A stretch of DNA of 62,108 bases, the filler included, from Chiloscyllium plagiosum (taxonomy: Eukaryota), in NCBI RefSeq assembly GCF_004010195.1. It is 6 parts of one record of this genome, joined end to end, with 100 filler letters (N's around TTAATTAATTAA, not from the genome) between each part and the next. Parts side by side here need not be neighbours in the genome. Positions count along the whole stretch, not along the records: positions 34,590 to 48,690 come from NC_057717.1; positions 48,791 to 55,845 come from NC_057717.1; 4 more parts are not named here. One strand, written 5' to 3'. The position numbers and the translations under genes are program-made. Shown in pieces: positions 37,501-50,427 of the stretch (position 1 is its first letter; every line of letters begins with the position of its first letter). Under the pieces are notes generated by a model, which was not told the DNA's origin, made no database searches, and worked only from the letters and a program-made list of their open reading frames with translations.

Positions 37501-38509
37501 CATTTAAGATATACTTCGACTGTAACAGGAATGGGCAGGGAGGAGAGGAATAGAGACTCTGAGAAAGTAGGCGGCAGGTTCAGATGGCGGATCTGTATTG
37601 GCGGAGTCGTGGAGGGCCAAAGGGGCTGTTCCTCTACTGTAATTTTCTTTGTTCTCTGTTCTTCCTCTCCCTCTGCCTTTGTCTCTTATGCTCTTCCACC
37701 TCTCTTTAACTCTGTCTTTCACTCGATATCCCTCTTTGTTGATTTCATTGCGTCTCTCTTTCTCTCTCTTCTGCATCTTTCTTTCTCTCAGTAATCCTCT
37801 CTCACACTCTTCCTCTCTAACTCCCTGTCTGTTTGTCCCTTCCCTGCCTCTCTCTGTGTCTCTCTATCTCGTCGTCTGTCTCACTCTGTCTTTACCTCTC
37901 TCCCACAATTTATTACGCTCTATGTCTGCCGTTCTCTTGCCTGTTCTCTCATTTTCTCTTCTTCCATTTTTGTCTCTCGCTCACTCATTGCTTCTAATTC
38001 TCTCTGTGTCCCTGTCTGCATATTTCTTTTTCTCTTCTGTATGTCTCTTTTTCTCTGTCTCCCTACTTGCCTCTCTATCTGTCGCACTCCCTCTCTATGT
38101 ATCTTTCTTTGCCTCTCTACCTGTCTCGCGTTGTATTGTTCTGTCGTTGTGTCTCACTCTTTGTCTCTCTTTTCCCTCTGTGGGCGTCTCTCTATCTCAT
38201 TGTCTCTTCCCTCCCACCAACTCTCCCTCACAAATATTCTGTATCCACTTGTTTGGCTCGTTCTGGTTCCCATTTTCTCTCTCTTCTTTTCTCTTTCCAT
38301 TTGTCATGCAACTCTTTCCTTTTTCTCTTTCTCGCATGAAAAGCAGTTGTTTCCTCGTCTTCCTTTGACTGCTTGTCTCTCTCTTTCACTCGTTAATTCT
38401 CTCACACGGTGTCTGTTTCTCTCACTGTATTTCTTTCACTCTTTGTCCCTCTGTTTCTGCCCATTCCTTTCACTCTTTCTGTCCTTGTCCCTTGCAGTAC
38501 CTCTTCTTT
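34590..38509 (-). repeat. Inverted segmental duplication, arm 2 (partner 21612-25902)
   Basis: Reverse complement of arm 1; lacks ~24910-25597 and has an extra SINE; begins exactly at a gap. Confidence 0.92.
35790..36107 (+). mobile_element. Young HE1-type V-SINE
   Basis: Near-consensus boxes, (AATCT)3 tail, flanked by ACCGTG/ACCATG; absent from arm 1. Confidence 0.93.
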
Positions 38510-38800
38510 GTTCAAAGTTTGTGCGAAGATTTGTAGCTCGGGTGCTCGTTGTTGTGGTTCTGTTCGCCGAGCTGGAAGTTTTTGTTGCAAACGTTTCGTC
38601 CCCTGGCTAGGCGACATCATCAGTGCTTGGGAGCCTCCTGCGAAGCGCTTCTTTGATGCTTCCTCCGATGTTTATAGTGTTCTGTCCCTGCCGCTTCCGG
38701 TTGTCAGTTTCAGCTGTCCGCTGTCGTGGTTGGTATATTGGGTCCAGGTCGATGTGTTTGTTGATGGAGTTTGTGGATGAATGCCATGCCTCTAGGAATA
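38510..38800 (-). mobile_element. Penelope family A 3' fragment with intact hammerhead (38587-38626)
   Basis: FLEAWHSSTNSINKHIDLDPIY followed by the pLTR. Confidence 0.88.
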
Positions 38801-39929
38801 CCTTTGGCTCTCTCTCGTCCAATCTCTCACAGTCTATCTCTTCCTCTTTCACTTTATCTCGCTTTCTCTTTCTCTCTCTCTATCTCTCTTGTTTGCTCTT
38901 TCCCCTGTACTTCTCCATATTTCTATTTATCTCTATTTTATTCTTTGTCTTTCTCTTGTCTATCCCTCACTTTTCTTTCTGTCATTCTTTGTTTTTTTTT
39001 CTTTGTTTTGCTCGGTCTTACCCTTTGAATCAATCTCTCTCTCTTTCTCTCTGTTTCTCTCTCTTTCTCATTCTCTCTCTCACTTTCTGTGTCTCTATCA
39101 CTCAGTCTTTAAGTCTCTCGGCTGATATGTCCACTCTGTTCTTGTATCACTGAAGATCTTGTGTCCCTTGGACAGGGAGCCTTCCAGAATTACGAGCAGA
39201 AGGGAAATAAACCTGATTTTGTCGTAATGGAGATACCCATCATTATTCGAGAAAGGGATTTGTCGGCATCTGTAATTTACCAATAACAGAAATTGAGCGA
39301 CCTGGCTTAATTTAATGTGATCGTTTTCTTAAAATTGCATTATCTTTTCAAAAGAAGCCGACACTTTGGCAGTTTTTTTAACTCTCTGGGGTTTGTGCTC
39401 AATCCAAGAATTCTCCGACATTCTCTGGGAGAGTTTGACAGAAGAGAAAAAGAGAGACAGGAAAGCGTACATGTTGAGAGAAAAAGAGTGAGAACAGAGA
39501 CCACACAAACCGGGAGCTAGCAGTGTGGAAAACAAGAGAGAGAAATACCAATCCACTCTGGCAAGATGTGATCCTCAGCGCAATCTGCATCTCCTGGATC
39601 AGATAAGCAGGGATAAGGAATCCATGGGGAAAAGGTGCCATGCACTGGGCTGTTCGTTGGAGATTCAGCATATGAAATCATCGTGTGTTGCTTGTGAGTT
39701 AACATCGTAGCTGATAGCATTGCATTGTGTATGTGGGAGTCGAAGTGACATCGAGGATGTTCAAAATCTTCCTCGATTCAGAAGTTCAATCGTTTGGTTG
39801 TGATATATTTATTTAACAAATTTATACACGAATGGCTGAATCTTTGGAGAGGAGCATTTGAGATTTATATTGTAAGTGCAATGGCCTATAGATCATAAGT
39901 TCATAGTACAATTAATTCATGTCGGTTCC

Positions 39930-40800
39930 AATCCGTTCATTTTCTGATCTCTCCCAAATTAATGATCCTCACTCTCTCACACATCGAACGTGACCTCAAC
40001 AGAATTATTTACACCCCATTGCACATTCATGCTCCTTTCACAATACACTAATCCAGCGCCGTCTTGCACTCACCTTGTCACGAATACAGTAAGTTAAACA
40101 CTCCATCTCACACACAAATCGTACCCAATATTCAAAGCAACAACCCTGTTCCCAATACAATAACTTGCATCCCATCGCACACACATACTAATCCACGATA
40201 AAACGATGCACACCTCATCGCAAATACACCTTATTCCCAACCTAATAATGCACAAACCAGTTCACTAAACACCATGCCACAAACACTGAAACTCCATCCG
40301 AGGCATATCATGCCTGCAAAACAACAGACAGCACTCCATCTCGGATACAACTGCCCTTAGCACAAAAGGCAAAATCCTATCTCATACATAACTTGTCGCC
40401 TATACAGAAACTGCACCCCATCTCGTATGCATCCTGTCACCATACAGTAACCTCCTCTCCATCTTGCACAACCCCTGTCCGATACGAAGGAACATATAGC
40501 ACAACTCATGCACACACTTTTCCTCCACAGGAACCTGCACTCTATATCACACCTACCCTGTCCAAAATTCAATAACCCACACCCGATCTTACATACACTG
40601 TCTCCTGAATGAAATAACCCCCATATGATAACATGCATTCTGTCTATAATGAAATTACCCACATACCAGCTCACATGTACACAATCTCCAATACAAAATC
40701 TCGCAAAAATTCACAAAATAAACTTGACACAATACAATTAAACAGTAAATAACTCACATCCATCCTGTTCAAACACAATAACTGACACGCCCCTTTCAGC
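39930..40800. repeat. C/A-rich degenerate low-complexity or minisatellite tract
   Basis: Recurrent CAC(T/C)CCATCTC / ACACA / AATAAC motifs; very few G on plus. Confidence 0.55.
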
Positions 40801-41039
40801 AAACAACTCCATCCTGGATATTGCCCTTTTGCTTCCAGTTCGGGACTGGCATCTGTAATAACTCTCCTCCATTCACGAATTTATGGTGTCCGTAGTTTTT
40901 CTGGGAGGTAGCGAAAGTATACATTCTGAAAAATGCGGCTTCGATGTGCTTTCGGATCAATTTCATTATAGTTAACAATTACTGCCTCAACCAAACAACT
41001 TTGAAGGTAATAAGAAAAACAACATTTTTGCAATGACAA

Positions 41040-41525
41040 GGGTGTGACCATTTCTCTGAGTGATGTGCTTCTCTGTTTTGATCTGATTTTGGCATTCTGT
41101 TAGTTCACTGAGTGAAGTCAGTTTGTTTAAGGCTGCTGGATCAATAAATAGCTACATGGAAGACGATGTTCCATGTTGCGAGCTGTATCTGTCTCCTCTG
41201 CGACTCTGTGATTTTTTTTCTCTTTGTTCGTTTGTGCCAAATGGTGAATGCGGGGATTGATGCAAGTTTTTAGAACAGCATCATTATTTTGGGATAATCT
41301 GGTTGCGTTTTTGGATCGGTTACGTTATTCGGAATTCTGTTCTCTTTTGATCGCGTTTCAGTCCGTAATCTTGTGAATAAATTCTGCTTTCCTTAAACTG
41401 AGTGCTTTCACCAGATGCATTCTCACTTGGAATATCCGCACTGCATCTGCTTAAAGCAACTAGCAAAATTAAGGTTTGGGTAACTTTCTAGAAATGTTTG
41501 GAGGGGGCTGGTCTGGTCCATACCG
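41040..41525 (+). mobile_element. Probable Gypsy-type LTR remnant
   Basis: AATAAA at ~41375 with a 3' part similar to 45270-45425. Confidence 0.4.
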
Positions 41526-42265
41526 AGTGCATTAATAAAAGCTTTCACTTTTATGATATGTTAGTGACTATCACCGCCTGACATCCAGCCAGATCTCCCC
41601 GTGGGCCAAGTATAGGTTTTCCCAGCAAGATTCCTCCTCGGTTCAACAGTTCGTACTTATGCATTTAGCGCCCTCTGCGCATCTGTCTCCTCTGGAATTT
41701 CATCCTTTTTCTTTTTTCTTTCCAAGACTATTATGCTGAATTACATTTCTCAGCACAGATATCAGTTCATACATTTCTGATTGAAATGTCATTGGCTCTC
41801 GTCTGTTCATTTCACCAATTTCTTCGTGCCCGTTTGCCATTTATTTCTATTTTGCTCACAGTTCACAACAAATTCTATTCTCTAATCGTCAAACGATTTT
41901 GTAGTTCGTGTCATTCGGGGGAATTTCTATCCGTGTTGCTGTTGTGCACGTCATTACATTGGATCCATTCTTCAAGGCAAGTCTGTCAATCCTGATCTGA
42001 AATTCGTTTTCACCACTTCAACATTATTACGCTGCAAATCTACAAGCAAAAATTACATGACATAAAATCTTTGTAAAGTTACTAAAAAGTAACATACACT
42101 AACTTAATATTTCCCCATCTTCCTTAAATGACAGACATTTTATCAATTTCACTTCAAAACTTCATCACCACTAAGGTTGAAACAAACGACCTGTGGTTTT
42201 TGCAAACAACATAGCATCGTTCTTTTTAAACAATCATATCGTTTTCAATTCTCCCATCATCTGAC

Positions 42266-43562
42266 GGAAGTGGAGAGTGTGTTGTTGGAAAAGTATAGCA
42301 GGTCAGACTGCATTTGAGAAGCAGGAGAATCGATATTTCGCGAATAAGCTCTTCATTAGGAATGTGGTGTCTGGGCCGGGGCTGAGAGATAAATGGAAGG
42401 GAAGTGGGGTTTGTGGGCGGAAGATAGCTGAGAAAGCAACAGGCGAATACGGTGAATCAGGTGATCAGTATGAGGGCGGAGTAATGGACAGGTGCAGATT
42501 CCGGTGCCGAATTGTTGGGTAAGGGAAAACGAGGATGCTGTTGAAACCCACATTTATCCGTGTGGTTGCAGGGTCCCAAGCCGGAATATGAGGCATTCTT
42601 CCTCCAATCGTCGGGTGGCAGCGGTGTGGCAATGAAGGAGGCCTAGGACCTGCACGTCTTTGACGGAGTGGGAGGGAGAATTGAAGTGGTCAGACATGAG
42701 GCGTTGGAGTTGGTGAGTGTGACTGTCCCAGAGATGTTCTCACAAACGATTTGCAGAAGCATCCTGCCTCTCCGATGGAGAGGAGCCAACGCCAGGTGCA
42801 ATGGATGCAGTTGATGACATTGATGGAGGTATGGTAAATTTCTGATGCATGTGGCAAAATCCCTTGGGGCCTTGGGCGCAGGTTTGGGAAGTACTGTGGG
42901 CACAGATTTTTCATTTCCTGCAGTGGCAGGTAAAGGTGCCAGGAGTCGGGTGTGGACCTGACAAGGGAATTGCATGGCGAATTGTCTTTCCGGAATGCTG
43001 ATATGAATGGGGAAGGAAATATATCTTTGGCGGTGGGGTCCGTTTGGAGTTGGCAGAAGTGGCGGAGAATGATGCGATGTATGCAGAGATTTTGGTATGG
43101 AAAATGAGGACCAGGGGGTTGTGTCCTTTCTGTGTTGCGAGGGGTGGGTTTCAAAGTCGGTGAAGCGGCAAGTGGACGATATGTGCTGGAGGGTATCGTC
43201 AGACACATGGGAAGAGAAGTTGTGATCATGGAAGATGGAGGCCCTCTGGGATTTTCTCACTTATTCCAGTCCCAAGCCTCAAACTGGGCACAGCCTCTCG
43301 ATTGGACCATCACTTCACGCTTTGATCAATCACCTTCCTCACCTTCATCCACCTATCCCTTTCTCAGGCATCTTCACCCTCAAACCACCCTCACTCCACT
43401 CCCATGCATTTATAAAGGGTGGCCCACAAGCCTCATTCCTGATGAATTGCTTCTGTCCGAAAGGCAGATTCTTCTACTCCGTGGATGCCGCCTGACCTGC
43501 TGTGTTTTTTCCTGCAATACGCTCTCGGCTCCGATCTCCAGCAACTGTAGTCCTCACTTTCT
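42266..43562. mobile_element. Penelope-like family B fragment (minus 42266-43250) with inverted pLTR (plus 43255-43562)
   Basis: IHRIILRHFCQLQTDPT..AFRKDNSPCNSLVRS..NVINCIHC; decayed CTGATGA..CCGAAA at ~43439. Confidence 0.75.
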
Positions 43563-43844
43563 GTTTCTCCATCTTTTAATGTGACCCTTACATCTAAAGA
43601 TTACGTCGGAAAGGAACGAAAAGGCTTTTCATCTTTTGGCAGTCTCTTGCCTTTTCTCATCCATTGTATCTCACTGGGTCACCTGTGTTTTTTTTTACAT
43701 TGTCAGTATGCACAGTTTCAACAAATGATTGCGTTTCAATGAACACATATTCAATGCCACTAGTATTTCATGTCCGACCAAGGCAGACACAATTTTTCAC
43801 TATTTTTGCAGATTTCTAATTATTGAAATATAATTTGCTGAAGA

Positions 43845-44105
43845 GCATAGAAAAGTACAGAACAGTACAGGGCCTTCGCCCTTAGACTTTGTGCCTACCT
43901 TTTATTCTACCCAAAGCTCAAACTAAACTACATATCTTACATTTTACTGTCATCCATTGTGCATACCCGAGAAATGCGAGATGTCGCTAATGCTATCAAC
44001 ACGACTTGCACTGCATTCAACACACCGATCACTCCATGTGCAAACACATTACTTCTGACATCTCCCCTAATTCTTCCTTCTTTGATTTTAAAATTATGCC
44101 CCACA
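43845..44105 (-). mobile_element. CR1 LINE 3' end, degenerate
   Basis: GHNFKIKEGRIRGDVRSNVF on minus plus tail remnant. Confidence 0.65.
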
Positions 44106-44908
44106 NNNNNNNNNNNNNNNNNNNNNNNNNNNNNNNNNNNNNNNNNNNNNNNNNNNNNNNNNNNNNNNNNNNNNNNNNNNNNNNNNNNNNNNNNNNNNNN
44201 NNNNNNNNNNNNNNNNNNNNNNNNNNNNNNNNNNNNNNNNNNNNNNNNNNNNNNNNNNNNNNNNNNNNNNNNNNNNNNNNNNNNNNNNNNNNNNNNNNNN
44301 NNNNNNNNNNNNNNNNNNNNNNNNNNNNNNNNNNNNNNNNNNNNNNNNNNNNNNNNNNNNNNNNNNNNNNNNNNNNNNNNNNNNNNNNNNNNNNNNNNNN
44401 NNNNNNNNNNNNNNNNNNNNNNNNNNNNNNNNNNNNNNNNNNNNNNNNNNNNNNNNNNNNNNNNNNNNNNNNNNNNNNNNNNNNNNNNNNNNNNNNNNNN
44501 NNNNNNNNNNNNNNNNNNNNNNNNNNNNNNNNNNNNNNNNNNNNNNNNNNNNNNNNNNNNNNNNNNNNNNNNNNNNNNNNNNNNNNNNNNNNNNNNNNNN
44601 NNNNNATTTTTGCTCTGCTGTGTCTCAATTAACTGTGGTATTGTATTCAATCCGATCTCTGTTGAAGCTAAAGCTCAAGTTAGTTAACTCACTCTGCATT
44701 ATTCAGATTCTTTATGGAACTGTAATACTGTCAAGGCTAATGATAGCAACTGCTATATGTAAGTGTGCAACAAATACTAAACTATCTTCACATCTATAAG
44801 ATTAACACAAATTTTAGACTCGTTAGATTTCTGTTTTTGCATGTACAATGAAACAGTCATTTATTTTACTTTTCAAAAGTTATGTTGTCCTTTGAAAAAT
44901 GAGAAGGT

Positions 44909-45425
44909 CATAATGGGAGAATTGCCGAAGAGTCTGCATTAATAATGGAAGGGGAACACTAATTTCCCCCAGTATATATTTTCTTTTCTATTCGGTTTTC
45001 CCCGTAACAGTCACAGGTTGTGCGAGCCAGGAGAGTTGGGAACTCCAGTAAAACGTTATCTGAATTTCTTTTGAGATCTTCTCTGTGGATGTCGTTGCCT
45101 CCTGTCTGGAAGAATCTGTCTTTGTCACAACCTTTTTTGCCAGGGTGCGATTATTGAATCTTATTCTATACGAATAATTAATTAGCAATCGCTACTGTAT
45201 TGGGTTGGTTAAGTTTTCCATTAGGTTATTCTAAGTTCTGCTTTCATTTGTAATGTTTAAACTGCCATGCTTAAATAAGTTTTCTTTTGCTTAAGGCTGA
45301 GTGGCTTAAACTGCTGTATCAGATCTGGAACATCCACATCTGCCTATGAAATACGAAAACAAAAATGTTAGGGTCTCGGCTACATTCTTTAAATACTTTG
45401 AGTGAGGATGCTCAGTTTCATAACT
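44909..45425 (+). mobile_element. Probable Gypsy-type LTR remnant
   Basis: Follows purine tract AAAAATGAGAAGG; 3' part resembles 41370-41525. Confidence 0.35.
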
Positions 45426-47351
45426 CATGCGTTGCACTCAGGAAAGACATCTGCATCTAACAGGTAATAGTATTTAGAAATCTAAACTGACGATATTTGG
45501 AATTTCAACAATACCACGGTTGTGCTTGTTTTCCACAGAAAGACAATATTCGTTTCTTTCCTATTCAAGGCGAGCTTATTCGTTATTCTTGTTTAAAAGA
45601 ACTTCAGAGAGCATCACAACACTTGTTAGAGAAGGTCAGCCACAGATGCAAATAAATTACAAACGATAACCGGAGACATGCGGGAAATACCTCATTATTC
45701 TGTCGGATAGTTCTGCCTGGGTCAGACACACAACAGCATACCAGGAATTTGACCTAAACAGTGATGTGGAGGAGTTGCTCGCAACAGGATAATGACAGGG
45801 GAAATAAAACACACATGATTGAAACAGACTGAGAGAGGGAATAATGGCAAAATAAAGTCAAACCTTGGCAGTAACTGCAAACAGATAGAGAGATACAATT
45901 AAGTGTGAAGGGGTGAACGAAAGAAAGAAGAATGAGAGGAAGGAAAAAAGACAGAAAGAGGCAAAGAAAGAACGATAAGTTGACCAGCAAAAAGAGCAGC
46001 AAACATGATCGTGGGAAGAATAAAGTAAATTAAAACAATGTTTTGCATCACTTCATATGTATTTCTTATTTAGAATCATTTTAACCCGAACAGAAGGAAG
46101 TCTGTTTTGCATGGGATAAACTGGTTTTGTGATGGCAAACCGCTACAATATTTTGGGTGCATAGCACAAAATGTTTTTTCCATGATTACGCTAGAGACGT
46201 TTTGAGGGCCAATGATTCGATAACAAGTTAAAACATAATGAAGGTACTGAACGAGTGGAGACAATGCTGCCCATGCAATATCTGTCCCCTGGGCCAGATA
46301 AAAACAACATGGGTTCACCAAGCTCCTGATAAAATTTCCTCTCAGTGTTCGTACGTGCTAGTCAACATTTCTTTTGGTGATTTCTGGACAGGCATATTGA
46401 CACGTTTCCTGATGTTGTAAGATACGTACAAGAAGCATCTTTTTCGTTGTTCACCGTTCTGGCCCCAGCACTGATTCAGTTGACTACAAGTAAAGGGCAG
46501 TGTTTAGCTGTGGTCATCATATCACTTTCTTAGACAATAGTGTTCGAGTGATGAGCAACACCGACCTCAAATATAACTGCACTTGACAATAATTGAGGCT
46601 TTTCTTTTGTATTTATTTGACATGTATCACATNNNNNNNNNNNNNNNNNNNNNNNNNNNNNNNNNNNNNNNNNNNNNNNNNNNNNNNNNNNNNNNNNNNN
46701 NNNNNNNNNNNNNNNNNNNNNNNNNNNNNNNNNNNNNNNNNNNNNNNNNNNNNNNNNNNNNNNNNNNNNNNNNNNNNNNNNNNNNNNNNNNNNNNNNNNN
46801 NNNNNNNNNNNNNNNNNNNNNNNNNNNNNNNNNNNNNNNNNNNNNNNNNNNNNNNNNNNNNNNNNNNNNNNNNNNNNNNNNNNNNNNNNNNNNNNNNNNN
46901 NNNNNNNNNNNNNNNNNNNNNNNNNNNNNNNNNNNNNNNNNNNNNNNNNNNNNNNNNNNNNNNNNNNNNNNNNNNNNNNNNNNNNNNNNNNNNNNNNNNN
47001 NNNNNNNNNNNNNNNNNNNNNNNNNNNNNNNNNNNNNNNNNNNNNNNNNNNNNNNNNNNNNNNNNNNNNNNNNNNNNNNNNNNNNNNNNNNNNNNNNNNN
47101 NNNNNNNNNNNNNNNNNNNNNNNNNNNNNNNNNNNNNNNNNNNNNNNNNNNNNNNNNNNNNNNNNNNNNNNNNNNNNNNNNNNNNNNNNNNNNNNNNNNN
47201 NNNNNNNNNNNNNNNNNNNNNNNNNNNNNNNNNNNNNNNNNNNNNNNNNNNNNNNNNNNNNNNNNNNNNNNNNNNNNNNNNNNNNNNNNNNNNNNNNNNN
47301 NNNNNNNNNNNNNNNNNNNNNNNNNNNNNNNNNNNNNNNNNNNNNNNNNNN

Positions 47352-47670
47352 AAAAAATAGAATCCCTAAAGTGTGGAAACAGGCCTTTCGGCCGAACAAG
47401 CCCACATTGCACCTCCGAAGAGTATCCCACCCAGACCTTTTGCCTTTCAGCATACATTTTACAAACTTTTACGCACCTAACATACACATCCTTGCGTACA
47501 ATGGGCAAATAGTTTGGACAATTCGGCTAAACTGCACATCCTTGAACTGTGGAAGGAAATTGGAGCACCTGGAGCGAAACCACGCAGACAGATGCCTGAG
47601 GCTGCAATTGAAGCCAGAACCCTGGCGCTGCGAAGCAGCAGTGCTAACCACTGAGCCACTGCACCGCCTC
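47352..47670 (-). mobile_element. Diverged HE1-type SINE
   Basis: TGGCTCAGTGGTTAGCACTGCTGC head and GGCCTGTTTCCACAC tail on minus. Confidence 0.8.
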
Positions 47671-47709
47671 ACCACTACGCCATCGTGCTGTCCCACTTAC
47701 TGGGACATT

Positions 47710-48175
47710 TCCTGTTTTGGTGGTTTGAACCGTGAAGAAAGTTTGGACAGAGAGGGCTTGCTTTCACTGGAGCACGGGAAGTTGAAGAGTGACCTACAAG
47801 GTGTTTATAAATTTGTGACTGACATTGATATCGTGGAAACCATTGTGCTTGTGTCCAGCATAAGGAGTCAGTTACGAAAGAAAAAGCACTGGCTCAAGGT
47901 GCCACGGCTCACATTTAGGAGAGATGTGTGAGAAGTTTTTTTGTGTTGAAAGGGCGATGAGTGCCTGGAATGCGTTGTCGGAGGAGGTTCGTGTGGAAGC
48001 AGATGCAATGCCACTATTCCAGAAGCACATTGACGAAGATATTTTCAGAACAGAAAGCGTGGTTTACGTTTCCTGCAAGCGAGGACAATTTTATTGTGAA
48101 AGACCAAAAAGTGGCGACACATGTCTATAAGTCGAAAGGGCCTGTTTCCATGCTGCATTGTTCTTTGTTCTTTGT
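47710..48175 (+). mobile_element. CR1 LINE 3' end, degenerate
   Basis: GLLSLEHGKLKSDLQGVYKF, AWNAL, GAAAGGGCCTGTTTCCATGCTG tail. Confidence 0.7.
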
Positions 48176-48790
48176 TATAGAGTTATAGAGAATGACAGAA
48201 TACAAACAACAAAGCAGAGCCGACCGATTATAACTAACTTTACGAATTCTGCTTTTGAGCCCTCGACCAATGTCTGTGCATTGCAAGTACTGTTCTAAAT
48301 GTTTCTGAAATACTAAGAGAGTTCTGGCCGCTTACAGCCATCGAGTTGGACATTTACATCAACATTTGCGTAAAAAAACCTTAGAAGTCTACTGAAACTT
48401 CTCTCCCGTTACTGTAAATCCATGTCCATGGTAATTCATCTGTCCATCTCGGGAAAATTATGTTCCTTTCCATGCGATCCATCTCGCTCTTAAATTTAAA
48501 TCCGGCAATCACGTTCCCTTTGTCTCAAGGAAACACCCTGTCTGCTCTTCTTCATGTACTTTAGACAGATAGCAGTTTCCACAAACTGCATTTCTGCTCT
48601 CAATTTGTTTGGTTAGCTGACACATAGAATAATGTGTATTTTTTCTTGTTTTTTTCATAAATCTTTCACAGATAATCATGAGAACACCATNNNNNNNNNN
48701 NNNNNNNNNNNNNNNNNNNNNNNNNNNNNNNNNNTTAATTAATTAANNNNNNNNNNNNNNNNNNNNNNNNNNNNNNNNNNNNNNNNNNNN

Positions 48791-50427
48791 TCTTTCCCGC
48801 ACCTGTTGTTCAATCTATTCTTCCATCCCTTCGCTGCTGTTGCGGGGTTATTAGAAAACACCGAACATGCTGACTGCTCATTTCCTGTAACTGATGTCCA
48901 CCCACACTGACTCAGTTGACAAACCCTCCTCTACAGCGTCCTTTTCTGCAGTTGTGATACACTCTCTAATTAACAATGTTAATCCCTCTCCTCTTTTACC
49001 AACCTTCTGATGTTTTAAAATATCGAAATCCTGGAACATCCAGCAACCATTCCTTCCCGTGAAATCCATGTGTCTGTCAAGGCCACAACATCGTTGTTCA
49101 AAGCACTGATCCATGCTCAACTTTCATCATGCTTATTTCTGACATACCTTGCACCGAAACAGTCCCATGAAAACACATCTCTTTGTCATACCAATTGTGT
49201 ATCCTTACTGACAGACTCTCTTCATTATATTTCTGCTGTTTCGACAACGACCCTCTCCTGTATTCTGTAGCTCTTGTTCCCATCCCTCTGCCAAACTATC
49301 TTAAACCCTCCTGAACTCCTCCAGCAAATCTCCTAGGCAGGATATTCATGCCCCTCCAGTTTCAGTGCAATCCGACCTTCATGGACAGGTCCCACGTTCC
49401 CCTGAAGGTACCCGAAAGTTCTACGTATCTTTAGCCCTTTCTTCTGAACCAGCCCTGTAGCCCCATGTTTACCTGCACTCGCTTCCTGTTTCTCGCATCA
49501 CGAGCACGAAGCGCCTGTCGTAATCCTGTAACGTTAGAATCCTCTAACGTTCTAACTGAGATGAGACTCGAAACATTCACCAAGTATATCTCCACGTTTG
49601 CGGCCAGATCAATTGATTTTCTCTAGCAATCTCTGCGTCTATTTCAGATTCTCAGTATCACAACTACTTTGCTTTGTGCAAGTCGCATCCCTGAGCTCCT
49701 CAACTACATTTTAACGAAATGGAACAGGGACCATCAAGTCTATGAGATGAGAGCCATCAAGGACCCTGACACCTGAGAGGAAACAAACTTTTCTCGAGTC
49801 ATTTTCTGAACACAAAATCTCCAACCATTCCTCTAACTATTAACTCTCTGAACACGAGCGCTTTTCTATTCTCTCATCTTCCCTTCTGAACCACCGAAAC
49901 AGTCTCAATGGCAGAGACGTGGCCATTTTAGCTTTCCAGATAGGTCAACCCCCTCAACAGTATCGTCATCGGTATACTTTTTATTGAGGGATCCCTGCAC
50001 TGACTGCCTGTTCCCTTTTCGTCCCCTCACGGTCAACCATTTACGTTGTCCCTGCACCTAATTTGTGACTACATCCCTATAACCCCTGTCTCTTATCCCC
50101 TTCACCTCCCGAACACGCCGAATTTCATCCACCTCCAACTCCACGCCCCTAATACAGTTACCAATGAGCTGGAGTTGGTTGCACTTCCCGCAGGTGAATT
50201 CAGCCAGGACACTTGGGTGTCTCTTACCTCCCTCCTCCTCCACGGGGAGCATGCCATTGTACTGATATCAATTCCGAATGCTCTGAATTCCCAAACAGAA
50301 TATTGAATGGTACTAGCCACGAAATGCCGCACTGAACTTCACTTTTTCGCATGGAAAAGGAAGATGAATTGAGGCACTAATTGAGTAATGTTTCGGGTAA
50401 AATAACTGCCCGAATATATTTTCTCTC
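48791..50427 (-). mobile_element. CR1 LINE 5' part (ORF1 and endonuclease start); 49109-50427 is an inverted copy of 56773-58097
   Basis: EFTCGKCNQLQL..LELEVDEIR (ORF1); EEGLSTESVWVDI (APE); both copies share a nested insertion. Confidence 0.8.

Noticed and set aside
39517..39720. PVHGTFSPW resembling a thrombospondin repeat start; also CCPCNICP at 46238-46420
   Set aside because: The remaining Trp/Cys pattern and clear exon boundaries are missing; likely chance.
46530..47512. Long ORFs spanning N runs (also 20174-20956, 43937-44687, 51453-51926)
   Set aside because: Their length comes from unknown bases.
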